Assembly: GCA_965224085.1 (NCBI GenBank)
Contig: CBDCYI010000009.1
Span: 608,001-672,000, forward strand
DNA length: 64,000 bases
Direction of reading: 5' to 3'
From: Candidatus Marinacidobacterales bacterium
GTDB lineage: Bacteria > Acidobacteriota > Vicinamibacteria > Marinacidobacterales > SMYC01
Part shown: piece by piece, positions 53,525-64,000 of the stretch
Numbering within the stretch: the stretch's first letter is position 1
Layout: each line of letters begins with the position of its first letter
Notes under the pieces: generated by a model
The model's database searches: none
What the model saw: only the letters and a program-made list of their open reading frames with translations
Told to the model about the DNA's origin: nothing
Translations under genes and position numbers: made by a program

Positions 53525-54907
53525 CTACCTTTCCCAAATGCCTTTTTCCGCCATGAGCTTTTCGATCTCATCGGGCTCGATGGGGGCGTGTGCTGTGAGC
53601 CACTCGTGGCCGTCCTCCGTGACGACGATGACGTCCTCGAAACGAATCGCGAACTCGTCCGCCTGCACGGTCCATTCGATGACGAAGCACATGCCTGGCT
53701 CCCAGGGAATGTCGTAGTCGCCCACGTCGTGGATCTCCATGCCAACGAAATGGCTGATCCCGAAATGCACGGTGCGATCGCCGAGCCCCGCTTCCGTCAT
53801 GAGCCGATCCTTGAGCGCCTGGCTCTCCCGGAAGGTGCCGCCGGGCTTCACGGCGGCGATCGCTTCTTTTTGGATCCGGGTGACGATCTCGGCGATACGG
53901 CGCTCCTCAGGGCCGTATTTGCCCCTCACTGGAATCGTACGTCCGAAGTCGGAAGTGTAATGTTTGTATTCGGCGCCGATGTCGTAGCTGATCATGTCGC
54001 CGTCTTTGACCGGCCACGGCCCGAGACGCGGCGTCAGGCCGATAGGCCACTCGCGCTCGCCCCGCGGGCGCGGGGGTCCCGTGATCCTCACGTTGGTGCG
54101 GAACGACGGGGCCGCATGCTCGTAGGCGAACACGAAGTTCACGATCGCGCCGATCTGTTGCGTCGTCATCCCCGCGCGGACCGCTCTGGCGGACTCCATG
54201 TAAGCTTTGACGGTAATGTCCGAGGCTTTGCGCAAGAGCTCGATGTCCTTCTCGTCGTGGATCATACGGAGTCGGTTCAGGATGTCGGTGGCATCCTTCA
54301 TCTGGATCTCGGGCGAGAAGTAACGGAGTCGATTCGCGATGTCGAGCCGCTCCGGTGGAGTGGTGGCGAGGTTCATGAAGCGCTGATAGTTGAAGTAGAG
54401 AATCTTCGAAGTCCCCAGCGCCCGCGACAGGTCGGTAGCCAGCGGCTTGATGCCGCGCTGCCAGGTTCTCAAGTTCGAGTAGTCGCTCATCGCGTCCGAC
54501 AGGTGCTCCAAAAAGAGCTCGTACGGATACACGTGCTCGACCCCCGTCCTGGCCCGGATGGTTTCCGGATCCCGTGACGTGTAGAGGATCTCGTTGTACG
54601 TTTCCGCGCCCGGGGCCATCACCAATGCAGATTCCCAGGTGTCGGCACCTTCAAGCCCGGTCAAGTAGATGAAGTCATGCAGATCGGAGTGCGGTACGAA
54701 GAACTCGTAGATGAAATCCTGGTCCTTCTTGGACGCCATGATGACGGCGATACCGCCTTCCATCGCGCTCGCGAACTTGGCGCGACGCGCGCGGTGATGC
54801 TCGATGTCGATGGGCTCCGGCTCACGCTGGGCCCCTGAGACGGGTGGGTGCAAGAAAGCAAAACACAAACCCAGGGAAAGGATACGGATCGTTCGTGTCA
54901 TGGTCAT
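53525..54907 (-). CDS. Secreted Xaa-Pro aminopeptidase-like M24 peptidase
   Basis: DFIYLTG, YDIG...SDFGRT, HFVGMEIHD, VIE and RFEDV motifs. Confidence 0.88.
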   Translation of the reverse strand: MTMTRTIRILSLGLCFAFLHPPVSGAQREPEPIDIEHHRARRAKFASAMEGGIAVIMASKKDQDFIYEFFVPHSDLHDFIYLTGLEGADTWESALVMAPGAETYNEILYTSRDPETIRARTGVEHVYPYELFLEHLSDAMSDYSNLRTWQRGIKPLATDLSRALGTSKILYFNYQRFMNLATTPPERLDIANRLRYFSPEIQMKDATDILNRLRMIHDEKDIELLRKASDITVKAYMESARAVRAGMTTQQIGAIVNFVFAYEHAAPSFRTNVRITGPPRPRGEREWPIGLTPRLGPWPVKDGDMISYDIGAEYKHYTSDFGRTIPVRGKYGPEERRIAEIVTRIQKEAIAAVKPGGTFRESQALKDRLMTEAGLGDRTVHFGISHFVGMEIHDVGDYDIPWEPGMCFVIEWTVQADEFAIRFEDVIVVTEDGHEWLTAHAPIEPDEIEKLMAEKGIWER

Positions 54908-54927
54908 GGAAAGCTCCTTCGAGAGGA

Positions 54928-57900
54928 TCACGGCGTCGAGGGAATCACGCGGTTCGGGGTCCATCGAACGCCGGCGCCATCGAGTTTGTCACGGAGTGCC
55001 GGCAGCGTGGTGTCGAGAAGTTGATTGAGTCTCTGCACTTGCTCGCCAAGCTTTTGCTGCGACTCCCTCGTCTGCCGCGCTTGGACGTCGGTGGGTGGCG
55101 CCGTGACGGCTTCGACGTTGGCATAGAGCTGAGGAACCAGCTCGGCGATGGGGAGCGCGCCCCGCTGCTCAGCGCGGCTCCGCGTCGGTTCACCCTTCAT
55201 GACTTTCTCGATCGCCGAGCGCTCTTCTTCGACCTCGTCGATCGCTGTCTCGAGCGCCGCGCCGGCGGTCTCGCCGGCTGCCTCGCGCGCGTCATCCAGC
55301 TCGTTCTTTACACCCTCGAGCGTCGACGTCACCGCTCGGGCTGTGGCCCACATTTGGTTGAGCGTTTGGAGCGTGTCGTGCCAGAGCTTCCGCTCAGCGC
55401 CCGTGATCTCGATGATCGGATCGCCTCCCACTTGCACGACCTGCTCGTTCTCCTCCGTGCCGACTTTCAAGCGCACCCGGTAGTCTCCCGGAAGAACGAA
55501 GGGACCCTTGGGCACGCCGCGAAAGAAACGAACGTTCTCATCGGGGTCGAGCTCGAAAGCGAGCGGATGCCGAAGATCCCACACGAGCCTCTGGACCCCC
55601 GCGCCGTCCTTCCCTTGTTGTGGTTCAAGCCGGCGTACGAGATGGCCTTCGGAGTCGAGGACGTCGACTTCGATACGCGGTTCGGGCTCCGGGTCGTCGC
55701 CGTTCGTCGACATGTCCGCTTCCGCCATGAGCCGCGGATTGACGTAATAGGTAATGATGGCGCCGTCGGGAGGGTTCGGCGCACGAAAGTAGCGCTGACC
55801 TTGACTTCTTCGGCCGCGGTCGAACCGGTGCATCTGGATTGCCGGCCGCGCGCGGGCTAGGTGCACGTTCGACGACAAAACGTCGGGAGTCAGCTCGTCC
55901 AGGATGCTCATGTCATCGAGAATCCAAAACCCCCGCCCATGGGTTCCCAGCACCAGATCGTTCTCCCGGGGATGGATCACCATGTCGTGAACGGGAACAG
56001 TCGGCAAGTTGTTTTTCAGCTCCACCCACTCGCCACCGCTCGTTATCGAGACGAACACACTGAACTCGGTCCCCACGATCAGGAGATCCGGATTCTTTGG
56101 GTGTTCGACGATCACGCGCGTCGAGCCATGCTCGGGCAGATTGCCGGTGATGTTCGTCCACGCTCCTCCGAAGTCGTCGCTCTTGAGCACGTACGGCCGG
56201 AAGTCGTTGTCTTTGTGCGCGTCGAACACCGCGTAGAGGGTCGCAGGTGTTGCCTGCGACAGCGTCACCCGGCTGACCCTTGTCTGATTGGGAACGCCGG
56301 GAAACTCCTTCACCGTCGTCCAGGTTGCGCCGTCGTCCCGCGTCATCGAGATCTGACCGTCGTCCGTTCCCGCCACGAGCCGCCCGCGCTCCAGCACGGA
56401 TTCCGTCACCGTCGTGATATTTCCGTAATCCGACGTCCCCTGGTGGAGCGCGATCGACTCCCGGGGCCAGTGCTTGCCTTGTAGTGGGAGCTCGTAGTGG
56501 TCGAGCTGGCGTGTTAGATCGGGGCTCATCACTTCCCAGCTGTCCCCGCGATCGGGGCTTTTGAACATTTTGTTGGCCGCGAAGTAGAGCGTGCGTTTGT
56601 CGTGACGTGAGATCAGGATCGGCGAGCTCCAGTTCCATCGATACTTCTCGCCCTCCGGCGGCTGCGGCTGGATGAGTCGACGCTCACCCGTTCGGGTGTC
56701 GAAGCGGACGAGCCTTCCGTACTGGGACTCGGTGTAGACGATGTGCGGCTCGTCCGGATCGATCTGAATGTGAAAGCCGTCGCCGGGAACGGTCATGAAC
56801 CAATCGTCGTTGACGATGCCGTCCGTGTTGCGCGTGCCGATGGGACCGCCGAACGTGTTGTTGTCCTGGGTGCCGCCGTACACGTAGTAGAACGGCTCCT
56901 GCAGATCAACCGCCAAGTTGTAGAACTGTGTCACGGGTAAGTTGGGCAAGAACTCCCAGCTCCGCGACCGATCGAAGGAGAAGTACAGGCCGCCGTCGGT
57001 GCCGAGAACGAGGTGGTCGGAGTTCGCGGGATCGATCCAAAGCGCATGGTGATCGCCATGGACGCCGCCGGCGGTGACCAGCTCCTCCCAGCTCTTTCCT
57101 CCATCCGCCGAAACCATGGACCGGGTGAGGAGCACGTAGACGCGGTCGGCGTCGTTGGGATCACAGCGGATCTGCCCGTAGGCCCACATGGTGGTCACTT
57201 CGCTCGTGACGCGCTCCCAACTGGCTCCGCGATCGTCCGAGCGAAAGATCCCGCCGCGATCCTGCGCGGCGATGGCGGCGTAGACCCGCTCCGGATCACT
57301 GCGGCACGTCGAAACACCGATGCGTCCGAGATCGCCCTCCGGCATCCCACGGTTCACCTTCTTCCATGTGTCTCCACCGTCCGTGGAGCGAAACAATCCG
57401 CCTTCGGGGCCGCCGCCGATGAGGCTCCAGTTACGCCGCTCTCGCTGGTGCGCGCCGGCATAGATGAGCTCGGGACGATCGAGATCGAACGCGACATCGG
57501 CAATGCCGGTGTGCTCGCTGATATAGAGAACCTTGCTCCAAGTCTCGCCGCCGTCGGTGGTCTTGAACAGCCCGCGCTCCTCGCCCGCGCCCCACAGCGA
57601 TCCCATCGCCGCCACGAGCACCGTGTCCGGATCGTCCGGATGGATGACGACGCGCCCGATGTGCCGGGACTCCGTGAGCCCCATGTGCTGCCAGCTCGTG
57701 CCTCCGTCCTCTGACTTGTAGACGCCGTCCCCCCACGAGTTGCTGCGGGCGTTGAAGTCTTCGCCGGTCCCGACCCACACGACGTTCGGGTTGGTTTGCG
57801 ACACGGCGATCGCGCCGAGCGAGGCGGTACCTTCGCGTTCGAAAACCGGGGTCCACGTGGTTCCGCCGTTGACGGTCTTCCACGCGCCACCGGTGGCGGA

Positions 57901-58086
57901 GGCAACGTACATAACGAGCGGGTTCTCGTCGACGACGGCGACGTCGGTGATGCGGCCACTGGTCAGCGCGGGGCCGATGCTCCGCCATTCGAGGTTTTCC
58001 AGGAGCGGCGAAGAAAGCGGTTGGGGAGTGGCGTTCGACGCGCTGACGAGCGCGGCGACGACGAGCGCGGTGCGGTAAGAGCTCAT
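54928..58086 (-). CDS. Secreted VPS10/BNR beta-propeller protein, paralogue of 48945-52112
   Basis: Same motif series, with long identical peptides. Confidence 0.9.
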   Translation of the reverse strand: MSSYRTALVVAALVSASNATPQPLSSPLLENLEWRSIGPALTSGRITDVAVVDENPLVMYVASATGGAWKTVNGGTTWTPVFEREGTASLGAIAVSQTNPNVVWVGTGEDFNARSNSWGDGVYKSEDGGTSWQHMGLTESRHIGRVVIHPDDPDTVLVAAMGSLWGAGEERGLFKTTDGGETWSKVLYISEHTGIADVAFDLDRPELIYAGAHQRERRNWSLIGGGPEGGLFRSTDGGDTWKKVNRGMPEGDLGRIGVSTCRSDPERVYAAIAAQDRGGIFRSDDRGASWERVTSEVTTMWAYGQIRCDPNDADRVYVLLTRSMVSADGGKSWEELVTAGGVHGDHHALWIDPANSDHLVLGTDGGLYFSFDRSRSWEFLPNLPVTQFYNLAVDLQEPFYYVYGGTQDNNTFGGPIGTRNTDGIVNDDWFMTVPGDGFHIQIDPDEPHIVYTESQYGRLVRFDTRTGERRLIQPQPPEGEKYRWNWSSPILISRHDKRTLYFAANKMFKSPDRGDSWEVMSPDLTRQLDHYELPLQGKHWPRESIALHQGTSDYGNITTVTESVLERGRLVAGTDDGQISMTRDDGATWTTVKEFPGVPNQTRVSRVTLSQATPATLYAVFDAHKDNDFRPYVLKSDDFGGAWTNITGNLPEHGSTRVIVEHPKNPDLLIVGTEFSVFVSITSGGEWVELKNNLPTVPVHDMVIHPRENDLVLGTHGRGFWILDDMSILDELTPDVLSSNVHLARARPAIQMHRFDRGRRSQGQRYFRAPNPPDGAIITYYVNPRLMAEADMSTNGDDPEPEPRIEVDVLDSEGHLVRRLEPQQGKDGAGVQRLVWDLRHPLAFELDPDENVRFFRGVPKGPFVLPGDYRVRLKVGTEENEQVVQVGGDPIIEITGAERKLWHDTLQTLNQMWATARAVTSTLEGVKNELDDAREAAGETAGAALETAIDEVEEERSAIEKVMKGEPTRSRAEQRGALPIAELVPQLYANVEAVTAPPTDVQARQTRESQQKLGEQVQRLNQLLDTTLPALRDKLDGAGVRWTPNRVIPSTP

Positions 58087-58099
58087 GGCCACGTCCTCC

Positions 58100-58999
58100 T
58101 CAAGACGACGAAGATGCGCGCGGTGTGAGACCACAGATGTCGGCGACGCGCTCCATGGCTTCGCGGAGGATTCGAAGATCCGGATCCTCTTCTTTGACGG
58201 GTGTGTCCATGACGAGGTGATCGATGCCGAGCTCGACGTGCCGCCCGTGCGTCTCGGCGTCGATCGCGTATGTGTTGCCGGGCCGCGCCATGATCGGAAC
58301 GCTATCGAAGTCGCGGTTCTCCTCGTCGCAATACGCTTTCAGCTTTTCGATGCCCCCTTCGAGCTGCTCGAGCGTGATCTGCGTGGGATGCCAGCCGTCC
58401 CCGACTCGAGCGACTCGGCGAAGCGTCGCATCGCTGTGACCGCCCCAGTAAACGGGAATAGTGGACTTGACTGGTAGGGGATACATTTTGAAACCGGATA
58501 CCTGCCAGTGCTCGCCCTCGAAGTCCACGGTCTCACCGCTCCAGCACTGGCGCATGAGACGGATCATCTCGACCGCGCGTTTGCCGCGCCCGGAGAACGG
58601 GACACCCATCAGATCGAACTCCTCCTCCATCCAGCCCGCGCCCACTCCGAGGATGAACCGTCCGCCGGTGAGAAAGTCCAAGGTGGAGATCTGCTTCGCG
58701 AGCAAGAGAGGGTTGCGGAGCGGAATCACCGCCACTGAGGTCCCGACCTTCAGGCTCGGACAATTCGCAACCGCCCAACAGAGCGAAAGCAGAGGATCGA
58801 GCCACGGAGTCTCCGGTGGATAGTCCCAGCGCCCGTGCGAGCGGTACGGGTAGTAAGCGTCCACCTTGTGGGAGAGCGCCACGTGATCCGTGACCCACAG
58901 CGAGTGATAACCCAGCTCCTCCGCCCACTGTGCGACCCGCTGCATGTTCTCCGCACTCGTCTTGGGTCCGGCGTTGGGAACGATGACTCCCACTTCCAT
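58100..58999 (-). CDS. LLM-class (probably F420-dependent) oxidoreductase
   Basis: AEELGYHSLWVTDHV, GRFILGVGAGWMEEEF and RRVARVGDGW motifs. Confidence 0.88.
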   Translation of the reverse strand: MEVGVIVPNAGPKTSAENMQRVAQWAEELGYHSLWVTDHVALSHKVDAYYPYRSHGRWDYPPETPWLDPLLSLCWAVANCPSLKVGTSVAVIPLRNPLLLAKQISTLDFLTGGRFILGVGAGWMEEEFDLMGVPFSGRGKRAVEMIRLMRQCWSGETVDFEGEHWQVSGFKMYPLPVKSTIPVYWGGHSDATLRRVARVGDGWHPTQITLEQLEGGIEKLKAYCDEENRDFDSVPIMARPGNTYAIDAETHGRHVELGIDHLVMDTPVKEEDPDLRILREAMERVADICGLTPRASSSS

Positions 59000-59083
59000 G
59001 GCGCCTCCTTACCGAAACGCGGCGAATCATAGCACGTGGGGAGCCCTTTGGAGTTCCGCAGGCTATCGCGGCACAATAGGGCC

Positions 59084-59648
59084 ATGAGACCACGGGTACG
59101 GCGACACGCGCGAATATTGGTGATTTGCCTGGCGTGGACCGCGATCGCGGCCGGCCAGGAAAAATCCCTCGATCGTTTGTCGGAGGAACATCGTTCTTGG
59201 CTTCGACGCGATGTCAAATACATCATCACCGATCGAGAGAAAGACGTTTTTCTATCTCTCGAAACGTTGGAGGAGCGGGGTCGCTTCATCGAGGCCTTCT
59301 GGCGAAGGCGTGATCCGTCGCCCGCGGCGGGCGCGAACGAGTTCAAGGAAGAGCACTACCAGCGCATCGAGTATGCCAACAAGTTTCTCGGGCGCGGGAC
59401 GTTCCGGGAGGGATGGGAGACCGATCGCGGCCGCTATTACATCATGCTGGGAGAGCCGCGGAGCATCCAGCGGTTCGCGGGCCATCACACCATCTTCGAC
59501 TCCGAGCTGTGGATGTACGAAGGCGATGTCCGATTGGGCCTGCCCCGCCGTTCCCGCTCGACCTGGCCATCACTTCTACGAGGTGTTCTTCGATCTTGCG
59601 AGCCCTCTCCTCCCAGCTATAGAGGCGAGCGTCTTCGAAGGCGCGCGA
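59084..59648 (+). pseudogene. GWxTD-domain protein, truncated
   Basis: FIEAFWRRRDP, NEFKEEHYQRIEYAN and GWETDRGRYYIMLGEP; the frame loses coherence near 59547 and IS5 follows at 59649. Confidence 0.85.
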
Positions 59649-60736
59649 GGCGTTGTTGCACCGCTCTTGGCTGAGCGCGAAATCTACCTATGGTGGTGGC
59701 CGAGGTAATGTTCGACCATGAAGTATCCCAAGCGCAGCCAGTACAAGCACGCGAAGCAGAAGAAGTACCACGTTTCCAACTGGGCGGAATACAACGAAGG
59801 GCTGCGGCGCCGGGGCGATTTGACGGTCTGGTTTGACGAGGAGGCAATCGCGAACTGGAAGGCCGACAAGAGCGGTAAGCCTGGCGGTCAACGGGTCTAT
59901 TCAGAGATGGCGATTGAAACGGGCCTGGTTGTCCGGATGGTGTACAAGCTTGCCTACCGCCAAACCGAAGGCTTCTTGCACTCGATCGCCTCGCTTCTCC
60001 GGCTGTGTATCGAGATCCCGGACTACTCGACATTGTGTCGGCGGTCGAGGCTGCTCCGCAAGAAGCTGCGGATTGGGAAAGCCGCAAGCAATCAACCAAT
60101 CCACCTGATGATCGATAGCACGGGCTTGAGGATTCATGTTGGAACCACCCGCAAACCGCCAAAGCAGCGCGCCTGGCGCAAGTTGCACATCGCCGTTGAT
60201 CGCAAGACCGGCAACATTGTTGCGTCCGAACTGACGGCGTCACGAGCTCGCGACGCAACGCGAGTCCCCCCTTTGCTAACACAGATTCAAGCACCTATAG
60301 CGTCGGTGGCGGCGGACAGTGCATACGACAAGGAAGCGGTCTACGAAGCCATCGAAGCGCACAGCCCTGGACGAAGGACGCGCGTGGTGATTCCGCCGCA
60401 ACGAAACGCCACGCTCAGTCAGAATTCGAACACCGCCATGCGGGAACGCGACCGCCATATTTCGTGCAATCGAAAGACACGGCCGACGTGAATGGTACAA
60501 GCTCTCAGGCTACACCGAGCGAAGCATGGTGGAGAACGCGGTCTATCGTTACAAGGCGATCATGGGGCCCGAGATGCGGACTCGAACGTTGGCGAGGCAA
60601 CGAGTTGAACACAGAATTGGGTGCGAGATACTCAACAAGATGACCGCGCTCGGCATGCCCGATACTTACTGCGCCGGGTGACTCTCCGACCGGCACAGGG
60701 AGGTCAGCGATTTGCTCCGGGCCGTGCAACAACGCC
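59649..60736 (+). mobile_element. IS5 type A (1088 bp) with a frameshifted transposase
   Basis: Both ends present; an extra T at ~60460 (catatttcgtg versus catattcgtg); no target duplication. Confidence 0.9.
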
Positions 60737-61039
60737 CCTGCCACGATCGGTTTCTCCGTACCGGTCGACCCGACGATGCCACCGGCGTCTTATGAATGTG
60801 GAGAGGCTCGCTCTTGCGACTGTTTTCAAATGTCCGGCCTATTGTTCTGGACGCCAGGGCTCGACCCTAGACGGTCGTTGGAGATCCTCGCCTATTCGAA
60901 CAAGGTGACACCAATGCCCTGGGAGGGTGACGTTGCGGCCGGCGATTCTGGTCCCCCCGTACGCGGAGGGCAACACGGTCCAGAAGCGGGTTGCCACGCT
61001 CCCTGGGCGAAGACCTGGGAGCCAGGTCCTGGGCAAAGA

Positions 61040-61347
61040 CGGACATAAGGGAGGCCCGGGCCGCACCTGGACCAGAACGTGCTAGCCGGCTACGCCGCCG
61101 TAGCCCCGGCCTCGATTCTGGACCTCTCGGGTGGCCTCTTTTCCGCTGCCGCAGGGCGCGGTCCGCGGCCCTCTTCCTTCTTTAGCGCAAACTTGTCCCT
61201 CGGAAATCGAGATTAGAGACGAAAACCGAAAATGAGGCCCCCTCAGCCCTTCTAGCGCGTCTCTGGTGCCACCTAATCCTGGAAAACCCCGCCAACCGCG
61301 CGGAAAATCCCACCCGTCTCTGCAGGGCCACAATTGGCCAGACTGGG
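61040..61347 (+). repeat. tRNA-att-associated non-coding repeat, copy 3, abutting the tRNA-Ser 3' end
   Basis: Colinear with 33950-34260. Confidence 0.85.
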
Positions 61348-61442
61348 TGGCGGAGAGGGAGGGATTCGAACCCTCGACACAGGCTCATCACCCGTGTAAC
61401 TGCTTAGCAGGCAGCCCTGATCAGCCACTCCAGCACCTCTCC
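61348..61442 (-). tRNA. tRNA-Ser (GCT)
   Basis: GGAGAGG/CCTCTCC acceptor stem, encoded CCA, anticodon loop CT-GCT-AA, long variable arm, GTTCGAATCC T-loop. Confidence 0.96.
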
Positions 61443-61510
61443 GCTTGGGACGACTGGGCTTTCTGAGGCGGGTTCATATTACAATGTCTCCCACCAGCCC
61501 GTCAAAAAGC

Positions 61511-62749
61511 ATGCGTAATGCACATCCTCGCCTTCCAATATTACGGCGTGACATCGATGTCATGCCTTCGCCGATCGCCGAGCAGCCAGGACTCTTGCTG
61601 CGCGATCCGTTTCGCTACACCGACGACGTGCTCGTAATCCCTCCGGCATGGGTCGCTCTTCTTAGGTGTCTCGACGGCGCGCATTCGATGCTCGATGCGC
61701 AGGCGGTGATGACGCGCCTCGCCGGAGGGAAGATTGTTCCGCGAAGCGAGCTGCAGGAGTTCGTGACAATCCTGAGCGACACGGGATTCCTCGACGACGA
61801 AGGGCTCGCGCGCCGAGTCGAGCGATCGCACGACGCGTTTCGCGCGTCGCCGGTGCGCGAGGAAATTCTCGCCGGCTCCGCCTACCCTTCCGAGCGACAG
61901 GCGATCGAGAGCTTGCTCGATGCGCGCATCGACGGCGCTCAGCGAAAATCAGATGAAGCGTGGCCGCTTGCGATCGCGGCACCTCACGTCTCACCGGAGG
62001 GCGGCTACGCGTCTTACGGTGCGGCCTATGCTTTGCCGGAGGTCTCGGGTGAGGACACAAAGACGTTCGTGATCCTCGGCACATCGCATTACGGCGCTCC
62101 AGAGCGATTCGGCGTGACGGCGAAGCCGTTCCGCACGCCGCTCGGTACGGTCGAGATCGACCAAGACGCGCTGTCATTTTTTGTGGAACGAGGCGGGGAC
62201 GCGGTGGCCGAAGAAGACTACTGCCACCGAACCGAGCACTCCATCGAGCTTCAAGTACTCTTTCTGCAATATCGACTCGCTCAACCCTTCCGCATTCTTC
62301 CCATCCTTTGCGGCCCGTTCGTCGATAGCCTAGTCCGTGGTGTCCCGCCGGAGACACTCGACGGCAATGCGCGCGTGTTGGACGCCCTCACCGAGCTCGC
62401 CACGAAGCGTCCCGGCCTCGTTTGGGTTCTCGGCGTCGACATGGCGCATGTCGGTGTGCGCTACGGCGAAAACGAGCCCGCCCGCGCGTATGAAGGACGC
62501 ATGCTAGAGGTACGCGAGCAAGACGAGCGGCGCTTGGAGCGCGTTGCGGCGGGCGATGCTGAAGGATTCTTCGAGCTCGTACACCCAGAAGGGGATGCGC
62601 TCAACTGGTGCGGTTATGCACCGATCTACACGTTCCTTCGAGCCATGCATACGAGGCGGGTCGAAGCCTCGGTGTGCTCCTACGAACAGTGGAACATCGA
62701 CCCAGCCTCCGTCGTCACGTTCGCCGCGCTCCACTTCCAGGAAAAATGA
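61511..62749 (+). CDS. amrB: AmmeMemoRadiSam system protein B (MEMO1 family)
   Basis: AGSAYP, APH, ILGTSH, TPLG, EHSIELQ, DMAH and WCG motifs. Confidence 0.85.
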   Translation: MRNAHPRLPILRRDIDVMPSPIAEQPGLLLRDPFRYTDDVLVIPPAWVALLRCLDGAHSMLDAQAVMTRLAGGKIVPRSELQEFVTILSDTGFLDDEGLARRVERSHDAFRASPVREEILAGSAYPSERQAIESLLDARIDGAQRKSDEAWPLAIAAPHVSPEGGYASYGAAYALPEVSGEDTKTFVILGTSHYGAPERFGVTAKPFRTPLGTVEIDQDALSFFVERGGDAVAEEDYCHRTEHSIELQVLFLQYRLAQPFRILPILCGPFVDSLVRGVPPETLDGNARVLDALTELATKRPGLVWVLGVDMAHVGVRYGENEPARAYEGRMLEVREQDERRLERVAAGDAEGFFELVHPEGDALNWCGYAPIYTFLRAMHTRRVEASVCSYEQWNIDPASVVTFAALHFQEK

Positions 62750-62761
62750 GAAGTTTCATCG

Positions 62762-64000
62762 TCATGGACTCGCGGGTTTCCGGTAATCGAGCGGCGGCAG
62801 GCGATCACCGACGAGCGATTCGTAAACGAAATCAGGTCCCACGCGACGATCCCGCTCGCGATGGGCTTGCTGGACGATCTCGGGATCCGAGAAGACATCG
62901 ATAGCGGTGAGCGTCAACGTTTTGGCTGCGACGATCATCCCCTTGTTGCCGATAGACGTTCCGCCCGCGGCGATGGCTTGCCATGAGTGGGCCGGAGTCC
63001 CCGGCACCCATGTGGCCGTGCGCAGCCCGGCCGTGGGCACGACCCAGCTGACATCCCCGACATCTGTGGACCCGCCACTGCCTTCATCGGTGACAAAGAA
63101 TTCTTGCACTTCCGCAGCGGACGATATCGGGAGCACGTCACCGGTGAACGATTCCTGTATCCCTTCGCCGAATCGACGCTCTTCGCCCGTATATTCCACG
63201 CCGCCGACCTGCTCGAGACTCTCGTACATCCTGCGCGCGAGCGCCTCGTTCGGCAGAAGCGCATAGATGCCGTGAATCACTTCGAACTCCATGCGCGTTT
63301 CCGTCCCGAGCGCCGCGCCCTCCGCGGCCTTCACGACGCGATCGAAAATCGCGACCACGTTCTTGGGGTCGGGATTACGGACATAGTAATAGACCTCGGC
63401 AAAGTCGGGGACAACATTCGGCGCCGCGCCACCCGAGGTGATCACGTAGTGGATGCGCGTTTCTTGAGAAACGTGCTCACGAAGCATGTTGACCATCGAA
63501 TTCATCGCCTCCACGCCATCGAGCGCCGAGCGCCCTCTCTCCGGCGCGCCCGCGGCATGGGCGGACAATCCATGGAAGCGAAACTTCGCGGACTTGTTCG
63601 CGAGCGAGCTGCCCGCTGAAGCACTATTCCTGTCACCAGCGTGCCAATGAAGCACAGCGTCCACGTCGTCGAACAGACCCTCACGAACCATGTAGACTTT
63701 GCCGGCGCCGCCTTCTTCGGCCGGCGTGCCGTAGAGCCGAATCGTGCCCTGGGTTCCCGAGCGGTCGAGCCACTCTTTGACAGCAATGGCCGATGCCACC
63801 GAAGCCGTGCCGAACAAGTGATGCCCGCAAGCGTGCCCGGCGCCTTTGGTGTCGATCGTTTTTCTCTCCGGCACCCGATCCTGCGAGATTCCCGGCAGCG
63901 CGTCGAACTCCGCGAGAATGCCGATGATGGGCTCACCTAACCCAAAGGTACCCACGAACGCGGTGGGCATCCCAGCGACACCGGCTTCGACGGCGAACCC
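62762..64000 (-). CDS. M20 amidohydrolase (AbgB-like); 5' end beyond the window
   Basis: AEFDALPG, HACGH, GTPAEEGG, GGSTDVGDVSW and PAHSWQ motifs. Confidence 0.9.
   Translation of the reverse strand, partial: GFAVEAGVAGMPTAFVGTFGLGEPIIGILAEFDALPGISQDRVPERKTIDTKGAGHACGHHLFGTASVASAIAVKEWLDRSGTQGTIRLYGTPAEEGGAGKVYMVREGLFDDVDAVLHWHAGDRNSASAGSSLANKSAKFRFHGLSAHAAGAPERGRSALDGVEAMNSMVNMLREHVSQETRIHYVITSGGAAPNVVPDFAEVYYYVRNPDPKNVVAIFDRVVKAAEGAALGTETRMEFEVIHGIYALLPNEALARRMYESLEQVGGVEYTGEERRFGEGIQESFTGDVLPISSAAEVQEFFVTDEGSGGSTDVGDVSWVVPTAGLRTATWVPGTPAHSWQAIAAGGTSIGNKGMIVAAKTLTLTAIDVFSDPEIVQQAHRERDRRVGPDFVYESLVGDRLPPLDYRKPASP

Overview
GC-rich bacterial DNA whose gene content (GWxTD protein, AmmeMemoRadiSam B, VPS10/BNR beta-propellers, GldA/F/G-like ABC system with DUF4340, NHL and FN3 proteins) suggests an Acidobacteriota-like organism, possibly host- or sponge-associated (inference). 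Two core-like blocks (about 1-15.4 kb and 48-64 kb) flank a roughly 32-kb zone of insertion sequences and broken genes. Mobile elements: 2 ISNCY-type elements with TANNTA target duplications, 8 complete or partial IS5/IS903-group copies of two types, IS6, two decapitated IS110 copies, an IS1111-type IS110 with a duplicated non-coding right end, IS200 tnpA nested in an IS5, IS256, IS91 and rve-integrase remnants, two ~105-bp MITEs and a group II intron 3' end. Accessory cargo includes a type I R-M remnant (hsdS' plus hsdR, no hsdM), two PIN toxin-antitoxin loci, an EcsC-family gene with an AT-rich in-frame insert, and a Fur-boxed chelatase/TonB-receptor fusion. tRNA-Ser(GCT) lies at 61348-61442, abutted by a ~300-bp sequence that recurs twice at ~34 kb. 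The strongest signal is the IS1111 element: four candidate bridge/seek-RNA guide segments can be read directly, they fit its own donor junction and insertion site, and they partly fit the breakpoint of a 565-bp self-duplication. All family assignments come from motif recognition, not database searches. Some junctions at IS copies could be assembly artefacts.
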